A stretch of DNA of 64,000 bases from Candidatus Latescibacterota bacterium (GTDB taxonomy: Bacteria; Latescibacterota; UBA2968; GCA-2709665), in NCBI GenBank assembly GCA_963667175.2, contig CAXXXF010000003.1:320001-384000 (forward strand). The letters are read 5' to 3'. The position numbers and the translations under genes were made by a program. Below the pieces are notes generated by a model, which saw nothing but the letters and a program-made list of their open reading frames with translations, was not told where the DNA came from and did no database searches. Within the stretch, counting starts at the first letter, position 1. Each line of letters opens with the position of its first letter. This document shows positions 39,015 to 47,209 of the stretch, one piece after another.

Positions 39015-39195
39015 TCCACGGCGTGGCGACACCGCCCTTGGACGTGCGGAACACGACGATTTTTCCGGCGATCGATTGACCATAGAGCGGATGCGTCTTC
39101 CGGCTGATGATGCTCGAGTACCGGTCATAGTCGTACCGGGCGATGAAGCCTTCCTCGCGGACCGGAGCGATCCCTTCCGCGTCAGATCCTACCGC
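39015..39195 (-). pseudogene. Truncated duplicate of the aconitase X swivel (DUF126) gene
   Basis: EGIAPVREEGFIARYDYDRYSSIISRKTHPLYGQSIAGKIVVFRTSKGGVATPW, paralogous to 40590-41021. Confidence 0.85.
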
Positions 39196-39217
39196 GCGTC
39201 GTTACCCCTCAATTAAG

Positions 39218-39280
39218 CCGGTCGGCGCGCAGCGCGTCTTCCCACTCCCTCCGCTGTACCGTGTACCTGGCGTTCGGAGA
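39218..39280 (-). pseudogene. 63-bp duplicate fragment of the MBL hydrolase gene
   Basis: PNARYTVQRREWEDALRADR versus PNARYTVQRKEWEDALGADR at 32349-32411 (7 mismatches by my count). Confidence 0.85.
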
Positions 39281-39335
39281 TGTCTGTCGAGGATGGCGGC
39301 AAGGAAGACACAATGAAGGAGGGACACCAGTGTGT

Positions 39336-40502
39336 ATGGTTCGCGCGTACGCTAAATTGAGCTCATCATATCCTTTGCCCGTATTTCTGATCGCCGGGGC
39401 GCTCATAGTGGGTACTATTGCCGGGTGCGGAGGGGATCGCGTTTTGGAAGGGGTACCGGATGATGAGCGCATTCCCGAGAGGCCGCTGCGATATGCAGGG
39501 AAAGTGGCGCTTGAATTGCGAGAAACCATCGAGCTTGTGTTCAATGAGGACAAGCCTGAGATCGGGTATGTTGGGTGGATGGGTATTTCACCTGAGGGCA
39601 CGTTGATGGTTACGGATTGGGATAACCATCAGGCGCACGAAATCAACTACCGGGACAATAAGTACATTCGCTCATTCGGGCGTACAGGTAGAGGTCCCGG
39701 GGAGCATTTATCGGCTCACCAAATGACGATAGATCCTGAGCGAAGGGTCTATCTCGTTGATCCGGCTCGAGGACAGGTCCTCCGGTATGATCGCACGGGC
39801 CGATATCTGGATCGGACCGAAGCTATCGGCGTAACGAAGATTCACGCCGGTCCTGAGGGAGGGATGTTCATTCTACGCGTAAACTCAAGTCTTTTCTTGG
39901 AATTACAGCGCCGAGATCCGGCGACGTTGGGAGTTTTAGGCAGTACACCGCTTTCCAATCAAAATCAGAGTTTTGTGTCGTTTCGGATGAGAGGAATGGC
40001 GCATTTGAGCTATAACGCTTCGATGCAGGTGTTTTATTATCTCGGCCCGAATGACTACATGGTCAAAGAGATCGATGCGATAACAGGCGAGATTACCGCG
40101 AAATTTGGCCGGCGCCCTACGGGATTTGTTGCGTTGCCCGATCGCTTCCACGATATCGGGAGTGGAACTGTTGACGATTTGAGACAATTGGATATTACCA
40201 GTGTAGGATCTATGACATTGGTTGAGGATCGATATCTGTTCGTCTCCTTCAATAACCCGGGTACTATAATGAACGAATGGGTCGTCTATATGATAAATCC
40301 GTTCGGCCCGTTTGATGTGTTCGATCTGGATGACGTTACGATTACAAGCCTTGAGCCATTCAGGGACCACAGCGGTGTGCCGATGCAAGCCATCACCTCT
40401 GCGCGGGAATCTGTATTTATTTATAGACCGCCTCGTAGAGCAATTGCGGACAAATCCATCGGTACGATAGAAATATATGCGGTTACGTTGGACCTGAATT
40501 AA
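39336..40502 (+). CDS. 6-bladed beta-propeller (NHL-like) lipoprotein
   Basis: Lipobox IAGC, YIRSFGRTGRGPGE, VYLVD..VLRYDRTGRYL. Confidence 0.8.
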   Translation: MVRAYAKLSSSYPLPVFLIAGALIVGTIAGCGGDRVLEGVPDDERIPERPLRYAGKVALELRETIELVFNEDKPEIGYVGWMGISPEGTLMVTDWDNHQAHEINYRDNKYIRSFGRTGRGPGEHLSAHQMTIDPERRVYLVDPARGQVLRYDRTGRYLDRTEAIGVTKIHAGPEGGMFILRVNSSLFLELQRRDPATLGVLGSTPLSNQNQSFVSFRMRGMAHLSYNASMQVFYYLGPNDYMVKEIDAITGEITAKFGRRPTGFVALPDRFHDIGSGTVDDLRQLDITSVGSMTLVEDRYLFVSFNNPGTIMNEWVVYMINPFGPFDVFDLDDVTITSLEPFRDHSGVPMQAITSARESVFIYRPPRRAIADKSIGTIEIYAVTLDLN

Positions 40503-40589
40503 GGATGGCAAGATCGAGATTATGTCGGCCGACGAGACCAGAGAACTCGTAAAGGACTTGAAGAGGAAACGGTCAAAGAGGCGTCGTCC

Positions 40590-41021
40590 TTAGCCGATTG
40601 ACCGCTCCCTCACCACCTCCACAACCCCGTCAGCGGGGCGCATGCGGACGGAATCGCCGGTGCGGATGTTCGCGAGTGGGTCGGGTTCGAGTTCGCGCAT
40701 CAGCGCCACGTCGGCCAGCACCGCGCTCTGTACCATCACCGGATTGGTGCGCCCGAAGATGAATCCCGCCGGACAGGTTCCCCTCTCCACCATGTCCAGC
40801 ATCATCCACGACGTGGCCACGCCGCCCCTGGACGTGCGGAACACGACGATTTTTCCTGCATTCGACGAACCCCCGTAGAGCGCGTGTGTCTCCCTGCTGA
40901 TGACCCCCGTGTGCCGGTCATCGTCGTACCGTGCGCTGAAGCCTTCCTCGCAGACCAGCGCGATGCCTTCCGTGTTGGGTCCGACGTCCGGATGCCCGCG
41001 TAGCGCCGTGTTCTCGGTCAT
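40590..41021 (-). CDS. Aconitase X swivel domain protein (DUF126)
   Basis: GFSARYD..TGVISRETHALYG..AGKIVVF..GGVAT, IRTGDSV. Confidence 0.85.
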   Translation of the reverse strand: MTENTALRGHPDVGPNTEGIALVCEEGFSARYDDDRHTGVISRETHALYGGSSNAGKIVVFRTSRGGVATSWMMLDMVERGTCPAGFIFGRTNPVMVQSAVLADVALMRELEPDPLANIRTGDSVRMRPADGVVEVVRERSIG

Positions 41022-41070
41022 CGCCCGTACTGATTGAAGTTGAACTCGCTTGCGAGGCAGGATACCCCCG

Positions 41071-43035
41071 CTACGGTCCCAACTTGATCACGCCGCAACC
41101 AATTCTTGCTCCCGCGTTTCCCGAAGGTTGCGAGACGAAGTCATCCGGCCCCGCGTGGACGACGATCGCCTTTCCGACAACGTCGATATCCGAACCTGTG
41201 TTCATCTCCCAGAGATTGGTCGTCAGCTGGAGTCTGCCGGCGCCTTGCTCGCTGGCGGTCAGATTGCCGATGTCACCAAGATGAAACTCGCCTTCTCCCC
41301 ATTTTCCGTGGGCTACGCCGGTGGGATTCCAATGCCCGCCGGCCGACGTCCCGTCCGGCGCGCTGCAATCGCCTTTCTCGTGGATGTGCACCGCGTGTTG
41401 GCCTGCGGACGCGTTGTTGAGTTCGACGACGAAAGTGATATCGTCGCCGGTCCGGGTGAACACCGCCTTACCGGTCAGGCCGCTTGCGTTCGACTCGCCA
41501 ATTATCGCGGTCGCCTGTTCAGCCGTTCCGGCATCGTAAACCTCAAGTTTGCCATCCTTGACAATCAGGACAGACGGATTGTAGACCCCGTCTCCATTGG
41601 CGTCAAAAGAGAACGAGCCCAGCACCGTATCCAAATTCCTGGTTTTGGCCAGTGCGTCTCGAATCGCGCGTGAATCAGAGGACTGCGCATCGGCCAGGGC
41701 CTGCGCCAGGATTTGCACGGTGGCATAGGACTGAGCGGCAAAGACGTTCGGCTCTACGCCATATTTCGCCATGTAATTCCTCACAAACGCGCGATTGCCG
41801 GGCGTGTCAGCCGTACTGCTCCAGGCCGTAAAGGCAATCACACCCTCGGCTGCGTCGCCCGCGCGTTTTATTTCGTCAACGGTCAGCACCAGGTTGGCGA
41901 GGAAGCGAACCTCAGAGGGAATACCTAGTTGCCGAGCCTGAATCAGGAGTTCAGTCATTTCGATAGCCTGAGACGAGATAAATATGGCATCAGGATTCAA
42001 GGATCCGAGGCGTTGGAGTTGCGAAGAAAAATCAGTATCGCCGGATTGGAAGGTCTCGGTGCCGAGGACTTCGATTCCATTGTCGCTAAGGGCATCTTGC
42101 AGCACCGCTTCGCTACTCCGAGAAAAGAGGTCGGCTTGATCGAATATAGTGGCCACCCGCCGATAGCCGAGTTTCTCGCTGGTTATCTTAACGCCACCGG
42201 GGATGAGCCGATCCACCGTAAGGCTGGCACGGAAGATAAAATCGCCAATCGCGCTGAGGCCGCGCGCGGCAGAAGTCGGACCGATCGCCACGACCTCATT
42301 CGCCTGTGCGATGGGGAAAGCCTCTTTGGCAATGGTTGAGGTGCGTGGTCCGATGATGGCGGGTACGCGGTATCGACGAATCAGTCTGTTAAAGGCGTCG
42401 ACGGCGCCCTCTGGCGTGCTTCGGCTGTCTTCAACGATGAATCTGATTCTGGCGCTGCCGAGCAGGGCAGAACGGTTGATTTCATCGAGAGCGAGTTCAG
42501 CGGCATTTTTCAGCGCTGGATTGCTCGAACTGAGACGCCCGGTCAGATGCGGGACCAATCCAATGGGAATTTCACCGCCAAGACCCGTGAGCTGGTACTC
42601 TCCGGTGACCTGTGCCTTCCCCCTGATGGGCAGGTCAATCAGGGAACGGTAACCACCGTTGATCGGGATACTTGACCAGCGGCCGATCCTCGTCCCATTC
42701 AGGAACGCGCGCGCCCGATAGTAACCCGTCGCGGAACCGGCGATTTCAATCCTCACCTGACCTCCGCTATCGGTCACCCCCGACCATTGAAAGTTCGGGG
42801 CCCGGCCTGAGACAGCCCGCGAGAATTCGACCGTCGCGCCGTCTACGGGCGCGTCCTCCCGTAACACGGTCGCCACCACAATTGCCCGGGTCCCGTCACC
42901 GACGGCGACCTTACTCAGGACCGGCGGATTCTGTTCGCCGGACCCGGACGACGTCGTTATACGTTCGCCGCCGCAACCGCACACGATACCCGTTACGAGC
43001 GTCAGGACGACGATACCGCGAATTCCGTTTGGCAT
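41071..43035 (-). CDS. Lipoprotein: Ig-like domain + LivJ-like ABC substrate-binding domain + Cu/Zn superoxide dismutase domain
   Basis: Lipobox VCGC; IPIGLV..LTG..ELALDEIN..IVEDSRSTP..AIIGP..TDFSSQL (type I PBP); HAVHIH, GGHWNP, HLGDIGN, VVHAGPDD, GNAGARIGCGVI (SodC). Confidence 0.9.
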   Translation of the reverse strand: MPNGIRGIVVLTLVTGIVCGCGGERITTSSGSGEQNPPVLSKVAVGDGTRAIVVATVLREDAPVDGATVEFSRAVSGRAPNFQWSGVTDSGGQVRIEIAGSATGYYRARAFLNGTRIGRWSSIPINGGYRSLIDLPIRGKAQVTGEYQLTGLGGEIPIGLVPHLTGRLSSSNPALKNAAELALDEINRSALLGSARIRFIVEDSRSTPEGAVDAFNRLIRRYRVPAIIGPRTSTIAKEAFPIAQANEVVAIGPTSAARGLSAIGDFIFRASLTVDRLIPGGVKITSEKLGYRRVATIFDQADLFSRSSEAVLQDALSDNGIEVLGTETFQSGDTDFSSQLQRLGSLNPDAIFISSQAIEMTELLIQARQLGIPSEVRFLANLVLTVDEIKRAGDAAEGVIAFTAWSSTADTPGNRAFVRNYMAKYGVEPNVFAAQSYATVQILAQALADAQSSDSRAIRDALAKTRNLDTVLGSFSFDANGDGVYNPSVLIVKDGKLEVYDAGTAEQATAIIGESNASGLTGKAVFTRTGDDITFVVELNNASAGQHAVHIHEKGDCSAPDGTSAGGHWNPTGVAHGKWGEGEFHLGDIGNLTASEQGAGRLQLTTNLWEMNTGSDIDVVGKAIVVHAGPDDFVSQPSGNAGARIGCGVIKLGP

Positions 43036-43189
43036 GGACGTCTCCTCCCTGTAGAGTGGTCTCGGTTTTTGATCGTTGGACGTTCAGGGGAGACGCCAAG
43101 AGCGGGAATCCCCGTCACAACGATCCGCTTGTGTTCTATCCCGAAAACACCTGAGCGTTCTTCAGGCACTCATATTCTCTCCGTCTCCC

Positions 43190-43281
43190 CGCCTTTCGGG
43201 TGTTTCCGGGTTTCCACTGTGTCTCCGTGTGGGCTGATTCTTGTTTCTGGCTGACTGCTGAACGCCAATAGCTGACAGCTG
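43190..43281 (-). repeat. Composite heptamer/octamer repeat
   Basis: tttcgggtgtttccgggtttccactgtgtctccgtgtgggctgattc..gctgact-gctgaac-gccaata-gctgaca. Confidence 0.78.
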
Positions 43282-43818
43282 TTATTCGATTATTTTCACC
43301 ATATCGATGAGGTCGCAGGTTTCCCCGGAATCCATCAAGACCCAATGCGGCCGGCGGCCGGATTCGACGTAGCCGACTTTGCGGTAGACGTGGACCGCGG
43401 AGACATTGGCGGACCAGACGGTGAGGTACAGCCGGCGCGCGCCGATCCGCCGGGATTCCTTCTCCAGCGCGCCCATCAGGCGGGCGCCGATGCCGAGGCC
43501 TTGGGCGCGGGCAATCAGCGCCAGGCCGATCGTGCAGTAGTCGTGGCCGCTCTTCTGCGTGAATCCCTCGCCCAGCAGGACGCCTTCCTGTTCGACCAGG
43601 AGGGTACTCGACCGGAGCTGCTTCAGGCCGACCAGGGCCTGCGAGAGTTCCCGGCCCCCGGAATCGGCGTCGAGTTCAAGACGCCTGCACATGACTTTCT
43701 CACGCGTGAGCGTGCGGTGCACGTCGATGAATGCGTCCAGATCCCGCCAGCACGGGTACCGGAAACGGGTCTCCGTACCTTCAATCAGGAAAGAATCAAT
43801 GATGCGGCCTTCTTGCAT
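43282..43818 (-). CDS. GNAT family N-acetyltransferase
   Basis: AQGLGIGARLM motif A, LTVWSANVSAVHVYRKVGY. Confidence 0.9.
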   Translation of the reverse strand: MQEGRIIDSFLIEGTETRFRYPCWRDLDAFIDVHRTLTREKVMCRRLELDADSGGRELSQALVGLKQLRSSTLLVEQEGVLLGEGFTQKSGHDYCTIGLALIARAQGLGIGARLMGALEKESRRIGARRLYLTVWSANVSAVHVYRKVGYVESGRRPHWVLMDSGETCDLIDMVKIIE

Positions 43819-43937
43819 GGCTGGCGTCCGGGACGTCGTCACAGGAATTGTCACAGGGGGAATCGCCAGACCAAAATAACCCATTCGTGGCGCCTGCGCA
43901 AGCCCCGCGGGACCTGTGTAAAAGTTCGTTTTAGGGC

Positions 43938-43966
43938 TTGACGCGTCTGTTTTCGGGTGTTAAAAT
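43938..43966 (+). promoter_or_regulatory. Sigma70 promoter with extended -10
   Basis: TTGACG-N17(ending TGT)-TAAAAT upstream of the 44021 operon. Confidence 0.6.
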
Positions 43967-44020
43967 GCACTTCTACCGGAACCATGGCGGTGTCCGCTTT
44001 TCGGAGAAAGGGATCTGTGA

Positions 44021-45064
44021 ATGAAGACCTATCGTGTTGCAATTGTCGGACTGGGACGCATGGGCAGTACCATCGACGAGGAAGTCGTGGGCTATCCGTC
44101 CATCACGTTGCCATATTCGGTCGCCGCGTCGTGCGTGGCGAGCGAGCGATTGGAGTTGGCGGCGGGTTCCGACCTTCTGGAAGTGAAGCGGCGGGCGTTC
44201 GGCGAGAAGTGGGGCGTGGAGGCGTTATACCAAGACTATCTCGAGATGATCGAAAAGGAAAGGCCGGACGTCGTGGCGGTGTGCACGAAGGGGGTCCTGC
44301 ACGCCGAGATGGGGGTGGCGGTCGCCCGGGCCGGAGTGCCGATGCTTTACCTCGAGAAGGCAATGGCGTGCTCCATGGAGGAAGCCGACGCGGTCCGGGA
44401 CGCCTGCAGGGAACACGGCACGGTCTTCAATACGGGCGTCCTGCGGCGGTTCGACAATCGTTACCATGCGGCCAGAGCGCTGATCGCACAGGGCGAAATC
44501 GGCAAGGTCAACGTGGCGCTCCACTTTGCCCGTTCGAATCTTCTGCACGGTCATGTTCATTCGATGGACACACTTTCCTATCTGCTTGGCGATCCGAAAA
44601 TCGCGGGGGTGCGGGGAGAGCTTCTTCCTGATGACCTGGCGATAGAGAACAACCGCCTGGACGACGATCCGCTTTCGAGGTATCACCTGGAATTCGAAGA
44701 CGGGGTGGAGGCCTGGACCATCCCGGCGGGCCACTGGGAATTCGAGGTGATGGGCAGCGAGGGAGCGATCCGATCGCGGAACAATGGGGTAGGATGGGAA
44801 TTGCGCAAGACCGAACCCGATCCGGAACATCGTCCGTCCGTGGAAGCGGCCGCGTTTCCGGAGGTGGAACCGCGAAGCGCCGTGGTCGCGTGTCTGGAGG
44901 ACCTGGTGGCCGCCCACGAGTCGGGAGAGCCCTCGTTGGGCAACGTGGAGGTCACGCACCACGTTACGGAAGCGTGTTTCGCCGTGGCCGAGAGCCACCG
45001 CCGCAGCGGGGCGCGGGTGGCGCCGACGGAAGTGGATCGAGGTCTGTATATTTTTCATGTATGA
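44021..45064 (+). CDS. Gfo/Idh/MocA family oxidoreductase
   Basis: AIVGLGRMG, PDVVAVCT..HAE, LEKAM, HSMD. Confidence 0.92.
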   Translation: MKTYRVAIVGLGRMGSTIDEEVVGYPSITLPYSVAASCVASERLELAAGSDLLEVKRRAFGEKWGVEALYQDYLEMIEKERPDVVAVCTKGVLHAEMGVAVARAGVPMLYLEKAMACSMEEADAVRDACREHGTVFNTGVLRRFDNRYHAARALIAQGEIGKVNVALHFARSNLLHGHVHSMDTLSYLLGDPKIAGVRGELLPDDLAIENNRLDDDPLSRYHLEFEDGVEAWTIPAGHWEFEVMGSEGAIRSRNNGVGWELRKTEPDPEHRPSVEAAAFPEVEPRSAVVACLEDLVAAHESGEPSLGNVEVTHHVTEACFAVAESHRRSGARVAPTEVDRGLYIFHV

Positions 45065-45098
45065 GGGGCGCGCCGCGCCGATACCGGAACGAGGGTCT

Positions 45099-46226
45099 AT
45101 GACGATAGCGCCGTTGATTTCACCGGATGAATTCGTGGGACTCGAAGGGATTACCCATCTCTGTACGGGAGGAGAGAGCCCGTGGCTGAAGGCGCAGCAG
45201 ACGGTCTACAGCGAGTTTGCGCGTCTGAAAGGCGGAGGATACGACGGGCGGGGCGAGATTTATGAGATCGGAGACCGGTGCCGCGGCCGCCTGAGCGAAT
45301 TGTGGGGCGTGCCGTCGGAGCGGATCGCGTTCATGCCGTCCGCGGCGGAGGGAATCAACTGGCTGGCGCGGGGGCTGGACTGGCGGGACGGGGATAACGT
45401 GGTGACGACGAACCTGGAGTTCCCGTCGGTCGCGTACGCCTGGAAGCAGTTGGACCGCCTGGGTGTGGAGGTGCGGATGGTGCCGCACCGCGACTGGTTT
45501 GTCCACGAGTCCGACCTGTTGGCGGCCGTGGATTCGCGCACCCGGGTCCTGGCCGTGAGCCAGGTGAGTTTCTATACGGGACAGAATCTGGATATTGAGC
45601 GGCTTTCCGAGGGAACGCGGGGCAGAGGCGTGCTGCTTGCCGCGGACGTGACGCACGCATCCGGCGTGGTTGGGGTAAACGCCGGAATAACGGATATGAC
45701 CGTGAGCAGTTGCTACAAGTGGATGCTGGCGACGCATGGCGTAGCGCCGTGTTATCTGAGCGAGCGGGCCGAGGATCAGATAGGCACGACGTGCTATGGC
45801 TGGAGGAATCTGGCGGTGTGGCCCGCCCAGCGCGCCGAGCGCCATCCCGAAGTGGACGAAAAACCGATGCCGGACCGCATGGAGCCTGGAAATCCGGCCA
45901 TGATGGTTGTGATGCACCTGGACAAGGCGCTGGAGGTGTTGACGTCGGTCGGCATCGATCGGATCGATACCCATGCGCGGGACATGTCGGAGCAGGTCAG
46001 CGCGGGGCTCGAGCGGCTCGGCCTTCCGGTGATCAGCCCGAAGGAACGCAAGGCGCGGTCCGGAAACACGTGCTTTGCGGTCGACGACGCCAAGGAGTTG
46101 GAGATGCGGCTGGCGTCGCACGGGGTGCTGTGCTGGGGCGAATACGGGCGCCTGCGGGTATCCACGCACTTGTACAACGGCAGCGCGGACGTCGACAGAC
46201 TGCTGGAAGTCCTCGGGCGACTGTGA
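45099..46226 (+). CDS. Aminotransferase class V-fold PLP-dependent enzyme
   Basis: EFPSV, DVTHASG, SCYKWML (PLP Lys), LRVSTHLYN. Confidence 0.92.
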   Translation: MTIAPLISPDEFVGLEGITHLCTGGESPWLKAQQTVYSEFARLKGGGYDGRGEIYEIGDRCRGRLSELWGVPSERIAFMPSAAEGINWLARGLDWRDGDNVVTTNLEFPSVAYAWKQLDRLGVEVRMVPHRDWFVHESDLLAAVDSRTRVLAVSQVSFYTGQNLDIERLSEGTRGRGVLLAADVTHASGVVGVNAGITDMTVSSCYKWMLATHGVAPCYLSERAEDQIGTTCYGWRNLAVWPAQRAERHPEVDEKPMPDRMEPGNPAMMVVMHLDKALEVLTSVGIDRIDTHARDMSEQVSAGLERLGLPVISPKERKARSGNTCFAVDDAKELEMRLASHGVLCWGEYGRLRVSTHLYNGSADVDRLLEVLGRL

Positions 46227-46281
46227 GTCGGGCACGGCCCCCGGGCGCGCGGCGGTCGGGTTTTCCGAAGGAGAACGACAG

Positions 46282-47112
46282 ATGATGAAACTGGGCTGTA
46301 TGTCGCTGAGTTACAAGGACCGGTTCGGGGCCGGAACGATGGACCTGGAGGGGTTTATCGACCGGGCGTACGAACTGAGGCTGGACGGGATCGACGTTCA
46401 TACGCGGGCGTTTGCGTCCACGGAGCCGGCATATCTTCGGGAAATCCGGATGCGATGCCTGAAGCGGGGGCTGGCGATTTCCTATATAGGCGTGAGCAAC
46501 GATTTCGGCAGGCCGGAGCCAGAGCTCGCCGGCGCGGTAGCAGAGGTGAAGGAGTGGGTGGACGTGGCGGCCTTTATGGGGATACCTATGGTGCGGATTT
46601 TCGCCGCGTGGGTGCGCGGCGGCGCGACCGAGGAGGAGGTGTGGGCGCGGATGATGCCGTGTATGAAAGAGGTCGCTGCCTACGGCGAAGAGAAGGGTGT
46701 CGTGCTGGGTCTGCACAACCACAACCACGGATGCGTCACCCGCACGGGAAAGGACGTGCGTCGCATCATCGAGACCGTGGACAACCCGTATCTTTCGCAT
46801 ATCCTGGATACCGGTCAGTACGTCGGGTCGCCCGGCGCGAGCGGCGCGAACGGCAGGGAGGACCCCGCGCTGGACTTTTATGGAAGCATCGCCGAGACGG
46901 CGCCGCTGGCCGTGCACGTGCGCGCGAAGATTTACAGGATTCAGACCGGGGAGGAGGCCTGGCTGGACTACCCCCGTATCTTCGAGATCCTCAGGGGCGT
47001 GGATTTTAACGGCTGGGTTTCAGTGGTCTATGAAGGGCAGGCCGTGGAGGCGGAGGAGACGGCGGTTCCGAAAGCGGTGGACTATCTCAGGCGGTTTGTC
47101 CCGGGAGGATAG
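46282..47112 (+). CDS. Sugar phosphate isomerase/epimerase (xylose isomerase-like TIM barrel)
   Basis: LHNHNH, ILDTG, VHVRAK, VVYEG; AAGGAG RBS. Confidence 0.9.
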   Translation: MMKLGCMSLSYKDRFGAGTMDLEGFIDRAYELRLDGIDVHTRAFASTEPAYLREIRMRCLKRGLAISYIGVSNDFGRPEPELAGAVAEVKEWVDVAAFMGIPMVRIFAAWVRGGATEEEVWARMMPCMKEVAAYGEEKGVVLGLHNHNHGCVTRTGKDVRRIIETVDNPYLSHILDTGQYVGSPGASGANGREDPALDFYGSIAETAPLAVHVRAKIYRIQTGEEAWLDYPRIFEILRGVDFNGWVSVVYEGQAVEAEETAVPKAVDYLRRFVPGG

Positions 47113-47209
47113 TGCTCTCAGATTCCGATCAGCCGCGGGCGCGACGTCGAGACAGCGGGGATGACCGGGCCATCGACGAAACGCCGGATCAGTCAGGGGG
47201 ACCGGGGCA

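Noticed and set aside
43820-43935. Possible riboswitch upstream of the GNAT gene
   Set aside because: No conserved aptamer core (cobalamin, TPP, SAM, FMN) recognisable
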